Shown here piece by piece: positions 1 through 7,938 of a stretch of DNA of 32,000 bases. Within the stretch, counting starts at the first letter, position 1, and the number at the start of each line of letters is the position of its first letter. Made by a program: the position numbers and the translations under genes. Source of the stretch: Ectothiorhodospiraceae bacterium (lineage in GTDB: Bacteria; Pseudomonadota; Gammaproteobacteria; Nitrococcales; AK92); assembly GCA_029268285.1 (NCBI GenBank), contig JAJUGG010000003.1, positions 9,976-41,975 on the forward strand, in the 5' to 3' direction. The notes beneath the pieces were generated by a model, which saw only the letters and a list, made by a program, of their open reading frames with translations, was not told the DNA's origin and searched no databases.

Positions 1-1
1 C

Positions 2-226
2 GCCTTGTTGCTGTTGACGGTACCGCTGGTATTCGGCTCGGTGCGTTCGGCCGGTGCCGGGCAGCGCATCTTCCTTGGCGTGTTGATCGGCATCGTGTTC
101 CTGCTCTTCAACCGGCTGCTCAACCACGCCGGCTTGGTATACGGCTTGCCGCCGGCGTTGAGCGCGCTGCTTCCCAGCATGCTGTTCGGGCTGATTGGCC
201 TATGGGGCGTGGCGCGGGTGAGGTAA
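2..226 (+). CDS. lptG: LPS export permease LptG, C-terminal fragment (5' end off-window)
   Basis: Frame is open from the window edge to TAA 224-226. The hydrophobic C-terminus (GVLIGIVFLLFNRLLNHAGLVYGLPPALSALLPSMLFGLIGLW) resembles the YjgP/YjgQ permease family. Confidence 0.75.
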   Translation, partial: ALLLLTVPLVFGSVRSAGAGQRIFLGVLIGIVFLLFNRLLNHAGLVYGLPPALSALLPSMLFGLIGLWGVARVR

Positions 227-335
227 GCCCAGTGTAGAGCCTAGTGCGCCGGGCGGCAGCTAGGCCATGAACGCTCCGCGGCGGCTTGCACAGGCCGCTG
301 GGGTTAGGCTCTCGATCACCCCCCCCCTCCAAGAC

Positions 336-369
336 CGCCGCGCCGCGCAGAAGAAAGCGGGGCGCGGCG
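336..369. terminator. GC-rich hairpin between convergent lptG and the RDD gene; no U-tract
   Basis: cgccgcgccgcgc (336-348) pairs with gcggggcgcggcg (357-369): a 13-bp stem with 1 mismatch and loop agaagaaa. Confidence 0.3.
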
Positions 370-442
370 CGAGCATGCGCTCGTTCGCCACAGAAGAACT
401 GCGATCCGCATCATCACATTGATAGCGCTGATGCCGAAAGCC

Positions 443-895
443 TTAGCGCCGTTTCGGTTCGTGCAGCAGAACGGTGTCGGAGTAGATATCGTGCCAGGTG
501 CGTTTCTGGCCGTCGAAAAAGGACCATAAAAAGCCGACGCCCAGCACCGCCCAGGAAAGGATGGCAATGAAGAAGCGGGTGCTTGCCGAGAGCAGGCGCG
601 GCGGCGTGCCGTCGTTGCTGCGCACGCGCAGGCGCCAGGCGCGCATGCCGATGGTTTGGCCGCCGCGTATCCAGGACAATACGAAATAAGCATAGGCGGC
701 AATGAATAGGGTGGTTTGGTAGAGCGGGTAGTACCAGTGGCCGCTGCTCAAGGCCTCGCCGCCGGTAACAGGCAGCCACAGCGCAGTGATCAGCATCCAC
801 AACGCCAACAGGATGAGTGCATCGTAAAAGCTGGAAAACAGGCGGCGGAACAAGCCGGCGGGGCGAGCTGCGACGGTGGACTCGGCGGTCTCCAT
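443..895 (-). CDS. RDD-family integral membrane protein
   Basis: 150-aa ORF with an N-terminal FRRLFSSFYDALILLAL segment, about 3 TM segments and a C-terminal TWHDIYSDT, i.e. the R..D...D arrangement of the RDD family. Confidence 0.8.
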   Translation of the reverse strand: METAESTVAARPAGLFRRLFSSFYDALILLALWMLITALWLPVTGGEALSSGHWYYPLYQTTLFIAAYAYFVLSWIRGGQTIGMRAWRLRVRSNDGTPPRLLSASTRFFIAILSWAVLGVGFLWSFFDGQKRTWHDIYSDTVLLHEPKRR

Positions 896-951
896 CGAAG
901 GCGGAAATCCTTTGGTCGAGAACTTGCGCGCTAAAGCGGCATCAAACAGGA

Positions 952-1027
952 TGGCGCTCCCACGGGGAATCGAACCCCGGTTTCCGCCTTGAGAGGGCGG
1001 CGTCCTGGACCGCTAGACGATGGGAGC
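952..1027 (-). tRNA. tRNA-Glu, anticodon CUC, encoded CCA
   Basis: Reverse complement folds as a cloverleaf: GCTCCCA TC GTCT AGCGGTCCA GGAC G CCGCC CTCTCAA GGCGG AAAC CGGGG TTCGATT CCCCG TGGGAGC G CCA. It resembles E. coli tRNA-Glu but with CTC in the anticodon loop. Confidence 0.95.
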
Positions 1028-1067
1028 GTGCAGGATCTATTGTTGCCGTTTTGCGCAAAGGCGATCT

Positions 1068-1096
1068 CTGCAATGCGCGTCAGGCGGTGCTATTAT
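1068..1096 (+). promoter_or_regulatory. Candidate sigma70 promoter for pcnB (CTGCAA-17 nt-TATTAT)
   Basis: Hexamers at 1068-1073 and 1091-1096 with a 17-nt spacer. Pattern match only. Confidence 0.3.
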
Positions 1097-1119
1097 ACGC
1101 ACTCTTTTCTTATGCTCAA
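1092..1119 (-). promoter_or_regulatory. Candidate sigma70 promoter for tRNA-Glu (TTGAGC-16 nt-TATAAT on the minus strand)
   Basis: gctcaa at 1114-1119 and attata at 1092-1097 on the plus strand are the reverse complements of the -35 and -10 hexamers. This implies a leader of roughly 58 nt before tRNA position 1. Confidence 0.35.
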
Positions 1120-1128
1120 GTACTCATA

Positions 1129-2448
1129 GTGACGGACCAGCAAATACACCTTCCAGAACCGATCATCATCCCCCGTTCGGAGCACCGAATCTCGCGGGCG
1201 AATATCAGTGACAACGCTCTTAAGGTTTTATACCGGCTAAAGAACGCCGGCTACGAGGCCTACCTGGTCGGTGGAGGTGTGCGTGATCTATCCTTGGGGC
1301 GGGAGCCCAAGGATTTCGACGTGGCGACCGACGCACGTCCGGAGGACGTCAAGAACCTCTTTCGCAACTGTCGGTTGATCGGTCGCCGCTTTCGCCTCGC
1401 GCACGTCCATTTCGGGCCCGAGATCATCGAGGTGGCCACCTTCCGCGCTCTGCATGACGGCGGGGACGAGGGCGAGGAGCGCGTGATCGAGGACGGACGT
1501 ATTCTGCGCGACAACGTCTACGGTACCCTGGCCGAAGACGCCATGCGCCGCGATTTCACTATCAACGCCCTGTACTACAACATCGCGGACTTCTCCGTGG
1601 TGGACCATGCCGGCGGCATGGCCGATCTCGAGTCCGGCGAAATTCGTCTCATCGGCGACCCGCAAGTGCGCTTTCGCGAAGATCCGGTGCGCATGCTGCG
1701 CGCGGTGCGCTTCGCCGCCAAACTCGGGTTTCGCATCCACCCCGATACTGCGGATCCGATTCCGGAGATGGCCGAGTTGCTCGAGCATATTCCGGCTGCG
1801 CGGCTTTTCGATGAAATCCTCAAGTTGCTCATGGCCGGCGCCGGGGTGGAGACCTTCGAGCTGTTGCGTCACTACGGCCTGTTTGCACCCCTGTTCCCGC
1901 AGACCGAAGAAAGCCTACGCAATGAGCAGGACAGTACCAGCGGCATGTTCATCGCGCAGGCGTTGAAGAACACCGATGAGCGTATCGCCGAGGGCAAGCC
2001 CGTTACGCCGGCTTTCTTGTTCGCGGCCTTGTTATGGCCGGCGCTGCAGCAACGTCTGCGAGTGATGATGGAAGAGGGGCTGAGCGAGCCGCAAGCCTAT
2101 CAGGAGGCATCCCGCGAAGTGCTGGCCGAGCAGGTTCAGACCGTGGCCATTCCCAAGCGCTTCAGTATGCCTATGCGGGAAATCTGGACCTTGCAGCAGC
2201 GCTTCGAGCGCCGCAATGGGCGGCGCGCTCTGCGCATGGTCTCGCATCCGCGCTTCCGTGCCGCCTATGATTTTCTCCTCCTGCGTGCCCAAGTAGGCGA
2301 CGCTCCGGCCGACCTGGCCGAGTGGTGGCGTGAATTTTATGAGGGCTCGGAGGCGCAGCGTCAGCATATGGTGGATGACTCGTCGCCGCGGCGTCGCCGG
2401 CGCCGGCGCCGCCGGCGCAGCCCGAAGGCCAGCGAAAGCAGTGACTAA
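1129..2448 (+). CDS. pcnB: Poly(A) polymerase I (start uncertain: GTG 1129, GTG 1087 or a non-canonical codon)
   Basis: Collinear with E. coli PcnB from IIPRSEHRISRANISDNALKVLYRLKNAGYEAYLVGGGVRDL through DFD, RDFTINALYY and EDPVRMLRAVRFAAKLGF to a basic C-terminal tail. The track ORF start at 817 runs through the tRNA-Glu gene and is not credible. Confidence 0.9.
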   Translation: MTDQQIHLPEPIIIPRSEHRISRANISDNALKVLYRLKNAGYEAYLVGGGVRDLSLGREPKDFDVATDARPEDVKNLFRNCRLIGRRFRLAHVHFGPEIIEVATFRALHDGGDEGEERVIEDGRILRDNVYGTLAEDAMRRDFTINALYYNIADFSVVDHAGGMADLESGEIRLIGDPQVRFREDPVRMLRAVRFAAKLGFRIHPDTADPIPEMAELLEHIPAARLFDEILKLLMAGAGVETFELLRHYGLFAPLFPQTEESLRNEQDSTSGMFIAQALKNTDERIAEGKPVTPAFLFAALLWPALQQRLRVMMEEGLSEPQAYQEASREVLAEQVQTVAIPKRFSMPMREIWTLQQRFERRNGRRALRMVSHPRFRAAYDFLLLRAQVGDAPADLAEWWREFYEGSEAQRQHMVDDSSPRRRRRRRRRRSPKASESSD

Positions 2449-2941
2449 GCCCGTAGTCGTCGCTGTCGGCATCGGCAGCAACCTCGGGGAGCCGCTCGCG
2501 CAGGTGCGCATGGCGATCAGCGAACTCGCCAGTATCGAGGGCGTTACCTTGCGTGCGGTTTCCAGCCTGTATCGCAGCGCGCCGCTGGGCCCGCAGGACC
2601 AGCCTCATTATATAAATGCCGTGGCTTTGCTGGACTGTGTTCTCGAGCCGTTGGCGCTGCTGGATGCGCTGCAAGCCATCGAGAATGACCACGGGCGCGT
2701 GCGCCGGCAGCGCTGGGGCGCGCGGACCCTGGACTTGGACATTCTTCTCTGGGGGGAGGCTGTTCTGGACCTGCCCCGTCTTACGGTGCCGCATCCTGGG
2801 GTCCCCGAGCGCGCGTTTGTCTTGTATCCTCTGGCGGAACTCGATCCCGAGCTGGCCGTGCCCGGCCGAGGTCGGGTCGCCGAGCTCGTCGCTGCCTGCC
2901 CGGCGGACGACCTCAGCATCGTAGAGCCGCCACCACATTAA
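2441..2941 (+). CDS. folK: 2-amino-4-hydroxy-6-hydroxymethyldihydropteridine pyrophosphokinase (HPPK)
   Basis: GTG 2441 gives VTKPVVVAVGIGSNLG...HYINAVALL...RWGARTLDLDILL...VPHP, about 166 aa. It overlaps the pcnB stop by 8 nt, and pcnB-folK adjacency matches E. coli. Confidence 0.92.
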   Translation: MTKPVVVAVGIGSNLGEPLAQVRMAISELASIEGVTLRAVSSLYRSAPLGPQDQPHYINAVALLDCVLEPLALLDALQAIENDHGRVRRQRWGARTLDLDILLWGEAVLDLPRLTVPHPGVPERAFVLYPLAELDPELAVPGRGRVAELVAACPADDLSIVEPPPH

Positions 2942-2951
2942 TTAAAAGAAT

Positions 2952-3596
2952 ATGCGCGAACTAAGGCACATTGTCGTCGAAGGTCCGATAGGCGTCGGCA
3001 AGACCACGTTGGCGCGCCGGCTGGCCGAGAGCCTCGGTGCGGATCTGATGCTGGAACGCGCGGATGAGAACCCATTTCTCGAGCGCTTTTATCAGGATCC
3101 ACGCGGCGCCGCGTTTCCGACTCAACTGTACTTTCTCATGCAGCGCGCAGAGCAGATGCGGGCGCTGCGCCAGTCCGATCTGTTTCAACCGCGCTGGGTT
3201 GCGGATTTCCTGTTCGACAAGGATCGCGTATTCGCCGAGCTGAATCTGGACGAGCAGGAACTGTCGCTCTACGACAAGGTGTATCGCGAGCTGGCGCTAG
3301 AGGCGCCGACGCCGGATCTGGTTATTTACCTTCAGGCGCCGGTGGATGTGCTGCTTCGGCGTATTGCCCAGCGCGGGTTGCCGTACGAGCAGGGCATCTC
3401 GGCGGACTACCTAAACCGCCTCTGTGAGGCGTATATTCAGCTTTTTTATCACTACGACCGTTCCCCGCTCTTGATCGTCAATTGCCGGGAGATCAACCTG
3501 GTGGACAGTGATCGGGATTACGAAATGCTGCTCGATCGCGTACGCTCCATCGGGAGCGGGCGGCACTACTTCAATCCCGCTCCGCTCGGTCTTTAG
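2952..3596 (+). CDS. Deoxynucleoside kinase family protein (dNK/dGK-like)
   Basis: P-loop VEGPIGVGKTTLA, then ENPFLERFYQDPRGAAFPTQLYFLMQR, DFLFDKDRVFA and PDLVIYLQAPVDVLLRRIAQRG, which is the motif order of the dNK fold. Confidence 0.8.
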   Translation: MRELRHIVVEGPIGVGKTTLARRLAESLGADLMLERADENPFLERFYQDPRGAAFPTQLYFLMQRAEQMRALRQSDLFQPRWVADFLFDKDRVFAELNLDEQELSLYDKVYRELALEAPTPDLVIYLQAPVDVLLRRIAQRGLPYEQGISADYLNRLCEAYIQLFYHYDRSPLLIVNCREINLVDSDRDYEMLLDRVRSIGSGRHYFNPAPLGL

Positions 3597-3720
3597 AGAG
3601 CGTTCGAGTCATCCGGGCTCAAACCGCTTCCCTGTTGTCGCGGTAGGACGAGGTCAATCGGATAGGCTCCTGGGCCTTTCGGCCGAACGTATTGTGTCCC
3701 AAGCGTTGTAAGGATCTGCC

Positions 3721-4551
3721 ATGTACGGTTCCAAGCCGCAGGCGCAGCCGCCCAAGCCCGTTACGGTATCCCGGCTGCGCAAGATGAAACAGGAAGGCGA
3801 ACGTATTGCTTGCCTCACCGCGTACGACTACAGCTTCGCGGCATTGCTGGAGAATGCCGGCGTCGATGTCATGTTGATCGGCGATTCGCTAGGGATGGTG
3901 ATGCAGGGGCGGGAGACGACGTTGCCGGTGACGGTAGACGAGATCGTCTATCACACCCGCTGTGTCGCGGCAGCGCGTAAGCGCGCGTTAGTGATGGCTG
4001 ATATGCCTTTTCTCAGTTACATCGATGAGCGGGAAGCGCTGCTCAACGCAGGCCGCCTTATGCAAGAAGGCGGGGCTCACATGGTCAAGCTGGAAGGCAC
4101 CGGCGACCAAGCTCACATCATCGAGAGCCTGAGTCGCGCCGGCATTCCGGTCTGTGCTCATCTCGGGCTGCGTCCGCAGTACGTCCACAAGCTCGGCGGC
4201 TATTTGGTGCAGGGGCGGGAGGAGGCCGCTGCGCAGGCCATGGTCGATGATGCCAAGGCGTTGGAGGCGGCCGGCGCCGACCTCATGCTGCTCGAGTGCG
4301 TGCCGGCCGGGTTGGGGGAGCGCATCACTCGCGAGTTGGAGATCCCAGTCATCGGTATCGGTGCAGGGGCCGGCTGCGACGGGCAGATGCTGGTGCTGCA
4401 GGACATGCTGGGCATCACCCCCGGGAAAACGCCGAAGTTCACGCGCAATTTCATGACGGAAGGCCGAGGCAGCATCCGCGATGCGGTATCCGCTTATGTC
4501 GAAGAGGTCAAAGCCGGTACTTTCCCAGCGACGGAGCATTGTTTCCTGTGA
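3721..4551 (+). CDS. panB: 3-methyl-2-oxobutanoate hydroxymethyltransferase
   Basis: 276 aa with LTAYDYSFA, MLIGDSLGMV, VKLEG, HLGLRPQ and IGIGAG motifs; sits next to panC and panD. Confidence 0.95.
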   Translation: MYGSKPQAQPPKPVTVSRLRKMKQEGERIACLTAYDYSFAALLENAGVDVMLIGDSLGMVMQGRETTLPVTVDEIVYHTRCVAAARKRALVMADMPFLSYIDEREALLNAGRLMQEGGAHMVKLEGTGDQAHIIESLSRAGIPVCAHLGLRPQYVHKLGGYLVQGREEAAAQAMVDDAKALEAAGADLMLLECVPAGLGERITRELEIPVIGIGAGAGCDGQMLVLQDMLGITPGKTPKFTRNFMTEGRGSIRDAVSAYVEEVKAGTFPATEHCFL

Positions 4552-5408
4552 CGCAAGTAATCGATACCGTAGTAGCGCTGCGCGAGCAGGTTCGGGCATG
4601 GCGTTCTGCCGGCGAACTTGTAGGGCTGGTGCCGACCATGGGGAATTTGCATCGCGGCCACCTGAGCTTGGTCGAGGCGCTACAATCCCGCGTGCAGCGC
4701 GTAGTCGTCAGCGTGTTCGTCAACCCTACGCAGTTCGGGCCGGGCGAAGACTTCGACGCCTACCCGCGCACCCTGGAGGCCGATCGCGAGGCCCTGGCAT
4801 CGAAAGGGGTCGATGTGGTGTTCGCACCGCCGGTGCGTGAAATTTATCCCGATGGCCCGGAACTTCGTACCCGGGTTGATGTTCCAACGCTTTCGGATAT
4901 GCTATGCGGCGCTTCGCGGCCAGGACACTTCACCGGCGTGGCGACCGTGGTTTCGAAGCTGTTCAATATTGCGCAGCCCGATGTCGCTGCCTTCGGCAAG
5001 AAGGATTACCAGCAGCTCCTGGTGATTCGGCAAATGGTGCGAGACCTCCATTTCCCGCTTGAGCTGCTGCCGGTGGATACCTCGCGCGAGCCCGATGGGC
5101 TGGCGTTGAGTTCGCGGAACGCGTATCTCAGCGCCGAGGAGCGCACCCAGGCGCCGCTGTTGGCGCAGACGCTGCAGGGCGCGGTCAAGCGTCTGCAGTC
5201 CGGTGAGGCGGCGGCCCGCGTCGAGGCTTGGGGTCGCGAAACGCTGAACGCCGGCGGTTTTGAAACGGATTATTTCAGCGTGCGGCGACAGGCCGACCTG
5301 AAAGAACCACAGCACGGCGACAGGGAGTTGGTGGTGTTGGCTGCAGCCCGACTGGGTCGGGCGCGATTGATCGATAATGTGGAGTGTGCATTGAATCGCC
5401 CGCTTTGA
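4548..5408 (+). CDS. panC: Pantoate--beta-alanine ligase
   Basis: GTG 4548 overlaps the panB stop (GTGA). VPTMGNLHRGHLSLV, VSVFVNPTQFGP and FGKKDYQQL are present. The track start at 4296 is an upstream extension inside panB. Confidence 0.95.
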   Translation: MTQVIDTVVALREQVRAWRSAGELVGLVPTMGNLHRGHLSLVEALQSRVQRVVVSVFVNPTQFGPGEDFDAYPRTLEADREALASKGVDVVFAPPVREIYPDGPELRTRVDVPTLSDMLCGASRPGHFTGVATVVSKLFNIAQPDVAAFGKKDYQQLLVIRQMVRDLHFPLELLPVDTSREPDGLALSSRNAYLSAEERTQAPLLAQTLQGAVKRLQSGEAAARVEAWGRETLNAGGFETDYFSVRRQADLKEPQHGDRELVVLAAARLGRARLIDNVECALNRPL

Positions 5409-5504
5409 CAGGCAATAATGTGCTGCTTTGCAGTATACGGACCGGTTAGGGGATGGAGATGCTCCTGCCCAGTCGTGGTGAACCAAGCTAACGGTAATTC
5501 GCTT

Positions 5505-5885
5505 ATGCACGTGACGATGCTGAAATGCAAGCTGCACCAGGCGCGGGTGACGCATACGGAGCTCGATTACGAGGGTTCGTGCGCGATCGATAGCGACCTC
5601 TTGGATGCTGCGGGCATACACGAGTACGAGCAGATCCATATCTACAATATCGCCAATGGTGAGCGCTTTACGACGTACGCGATTCGAGGAGAGGCGGGGT
5701 CCCGCATGATCTCGATGAACGGCGCCGCAGCGCACAAGGTCAACCATGGCGATCGGATTATCATCTGCGCCTACAGCCAAGTGCCGCAGGAAGAAGTCGC
5801 GGACCATCACCCGACTTTGGTCTACTGTGACGAGAACAACGACATCACCCATCGGCGGACCGCCGTACCTTTGCAGGTCGCGTGA
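5505..5885 (+). CDS. panD: Aspartate 1-decarboxylase proenzyme
   Basis: ATG 5505 gives [38 protein letters not shown]..., 126 aa and collinear with E. coli PanD, including the self-cleavage G-S in YEGSCAID. Confidence 0.93.
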   Translation: MHVTMLKCKLHQARVTHTELDYEGSCAIDSDLLDAAGIHEYEQIHIYNIANGERFTTYAIRGEAGSRMISMNGAAAHKVNHGDRIIICAYSQVPQEEVADHHPTLVYCDENNDITHRRTAVPLQVA

Positions 5886-5890
5886 TGCTA

Positions 5891-5928
5891 AGCGGCGTCG
5901 CCTCTTTCGAGGGGCGACGCCGCTTTTC
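5891..5928 (+). terminator. Rho-independent terminator of the pan operon
   Basis: agcggcgtcgcc (5891-5902) pairs with ggcgacgccgct, followed by TTTT at 5924-5927, just after the panD stop. Confidence 0.8.
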
Positions 5929-6241
5929 GTTTGCGGGGTCTGAAGTCTCCTTTCGGCTCGCATTTTTACCCCCATTATTTGCTAGTACTGTGGCCGGCGC
6001 GCATTAAGCCGCGGGTTGGGCTGGTTGTTCGGCAAGGCCGAACGTTGCTGCTGTAGAGCGCTCCGCCCTGTCTGGCTCCCAAAGTCTTGTTTGTCGTCAT
6101 TGACGGCATTCGCGCCGTCTCTCCCGCACGGGCATGCGCTCGGTTCGGCGGGTGGGGTATCTTATTCGCATACTGGCCACCGGCCGCGCGATTGCGCATG
6201 GCCGCCTGTCGCAGACTACGGACGGAGTGTGAAAAGCAATA

Positions 6242-7885
6242 ATGGCGGATGTGAAGCAAACCTCGACGTGGCTCAGCTTGCTCTCCCACCGGCGCCTGGT
6301 CGGCGGCTTAGTGCTGCGGGAACTCTTCGATAAGGATCCCCACCGCTTCCGGCGTTTTTCCCTGGAGCAGGAGGGCATTCTCTTCGACTACTCGAAGAAT
6401 TTAATCACTGAAGACACCGTGCGCTTGTTGCTCGATCTTGCGCGAGAGGCGGGCCTGGAAGACTGGCGCGCGCGTCTGTTTTCCGGCGAGCCGGTGAATC
6501 ACACCGAGCGCCGCGCAGCGCTGCACATGGCCCTGCGCGCACCGGATCAAGATTGGAAGGCTCAGGGCGAGTCGGTGAGCGAACAGGTGCGTACCATTCT
6601 CGCTCGCATGGAGCGCTTTGCCGAAGAAGTTCGCAGCGGCGCCTATCGCGGCTGCGGCGGCGAGAGCATTTCGGATGTGGTTCACATTGGCATCGGCGGC
6701 TCCGATCTCGGACCGCGTTTGGTGTTGGAAGCGCTGGCGTCTTTTGCCGATGGTCCGCAGGTGCATTTCGTCAGCAACGTCGACGGCGTGGAGTTGGAGC
6801 GGGCGCTCGCGCACTGCGACCCGCGCCGCACCCTATTCACCATCGTCTCCAAGAGCTTCGGCACTTTGGAGACCTTAAGTAATGCCGAAGCCGCACGGGC
6901 TTGGTTCCTAGACAGCGGTGCGGGAGAGGCTGAGATCGGCCGCCACTTCATCGCCATTACCGCCAACACCGAGCGGGCGGTGAAATTCGGTATCGACGCC
7001 GAGCAGATTCTGCCGATGTGGGATTGGGTCGGCGGGCGGTATTCGGTCTGGTCGGCCGTGGGGCTCCCGATCGCGCTGGCCTGCGGAATGGAGAATTTTC
7101 GGCGGCTGCTGGCCGGCGCGGCCGCCATGGATGCCCACTTTCGGGACGCGCCACTCGAGACCAACATGCCGGTGTTGCTGGCCATGCTGGGGCTCTGGCA
7201 CATCGATTTTATGGGCATTGGCGCGCACGCGGTGGTGCCGTACACCGAACGGCTCGCCACGCTGCCCCATTATCTCCAGCAACTTGAGATGGAGAGCAAC
7301 GGCAAGTCCGTGGATCGGGATGGGAATAGCGTGAGCTATCCGACGGCGCCGGTGATCTGGGGGCAGACCGGGACCGTCGGGCAGCATGCGTTTTTCCAGG
7401 CCCTGCATCAGGGTCCGCAGCCGGTGCCGGTGGATTTTATCGGCGTAGCCTCGCCCACGACGCGGTTCGACGACCATCATGACAAGCTGATGGCGAATCT
7501 GTTCGCGCAGGCTGAAGCGCTAATGCGAGGCCAGAGCGCGGACGAGGCTCGCGCTCTGATGGCGCGTCAGGGGCTGAAAGCCGGCGAGATCGAGCGCTTG
7601 TTGCCGTTTCGCGTGTTCCCCGGTAATCGCCCCAGTAACGTGCTGTTGCTGGATCGTCTGACGCCGGAGCGGCTGGGTGCGTTGATCGCGCTCTACGAGC
7701 ACAAGGTGTTTTGCCAGTCGGTCATCTGGCGTCTGAACGCGTTCGATCAATGGGGCGTGGAACTCGGCAAGCAACTCGCCGACAGCCTCCTGCCGGCGTT
7801 GCGCGAAGGCGATGGCTTGGACCAGCGCGACTCATCCACCCGTGGGTTGGTGGAGCACTACCGCGCTTGGCGGTCGCAAAGCTAA
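6242..7885 (+). CDS. pgi: Glucose-6-phosphate isomerase
   Basis: 547 aa, collinear with E. coli Pgi: DYSKN, HIGIGGSDLGP, FVSNVDG, WDWVGGRYS, QQLEMESNGK, GQHAFFQ and FDQWGVELGK. Confidence 0.96.
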   Translation: MADVKQTSTWLSLLSHRRLVGGLVLRELFDKDPHRFRRFSLEQEGILFDYSKNLITEDTVRLLLDLAREAGLEDWRARLFSGEPVNHTERRAALHMALRAPDQDWKAQGESVSEQVRTILARMERFAEEVRSGAYRGCGGESISDVVHIGIGGSDLGPRLVLEALASFADGPQVHFVSNVDGVELERALAHCDPRRTLFTIVSKSFGTLETLSNAEAARAWFLDSGAGEAEIGRHFIAITANTERAVKFGIDAEQILPMWDWVGGRYSVWSAVGLPIALACGMENFRRLLAGAAAMDAHFRDAPLETNMPVLLAMLGLWHIDFMGIGAHAVVPYTERLATLPHYLQQLEMESNGKSVDRDGNSVSYPTAPVIWGQTGTVGQHAFFQALHQGPQPVPVDFIGVASPTTRFDDHHDKLMANLFAQAEALMRGQSADEARALMARQGLKAGEIERLLPFRVFPGNRPSNVLLLDRLTPERLGALIALYEHKVFCQSVIWRLNAFDQWGVELGKQLADSLLPALREGDGLDQRDSSTRGLVEHYRAWRSQS

Positions 7886-7912
7886 GGCGCTTGCTCCATA
7901 TCCGATAAGGGC

Positions 7913-7937
7913 GGAGCGGCTTCCCGCCGCTTCCTTT
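7913..7937 (+). terminator. Weak hairpin plus TTT after pgi, between convergent pgi and queG
   Basis: ggagcggc (7913-7920) pairs with gccgcttcc (7926-7934) with one bulge, then ttt. Confidence 0.35.
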
Positions 7938-7938
7938 G

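Noticed and set aside
319-327. C9 homopolymer tract as a possible phase-variation switch
   Set aside because: It lies in the spacer between the 3' ends of two convergent genes (lptG and the RDD gene), not in a promoter or coding region, so length changes have no obvious target.
952-1027. tRNA-Glu and tRNA-Leu (22342-22428) as possible genomic-island integration sites
   Set aside because: No integrase, no partial duplication of a tRNA 3' end that I could see, and both flanks are conserved housekeeping genes with host-like composition.
817-1128. 5' part of the 543-aa track ORF that contains pcnB
   Set aside because: This extension runs straight through the minus-strand tRNA-Glu gene (952-1027). 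It is Arg/Trp/Ser-rich and has no PcnB homology. Homology starts near 1160, so the true start is downstream of the tRNA.
3658-3669. Repeated 11-12-mer TCGGATAGGCT(C) at 3658, 12493 (reverse complement) and 17760, with a variant at 12587, as a possible dispersed regulatory or REP motif
   Set aside because: One copy is inside hflK coding sequence (codons cgg ata ggc). My rough composition-based estimate is that a few 11-mers recurring three times are expected by chance in 64 kb of two-strand sequence. I kept only the local inverted repeat, as a low-interest finding.
3597-3720. Possible riboswitch or leader elements upstream of panB, purA (20878-20941) and queG
   Set aside because: The spacers are short (64-124 nt). 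I could not recognise any known riboswitch core (purine, preQ1, ZMP, etc.) or convincing terminator/antiterminator pairs.
4902-5975. 357-aa minus-strand ORF antisense to panC and panD
   Set aside because: The opposite strand encodes full-length, motif-complete PanC and PanD. The antisense translation is Arg/Ala/Leu-rich with no recognisable motif. Long antisense ORFs are typical artefacts of high-GC sequence.
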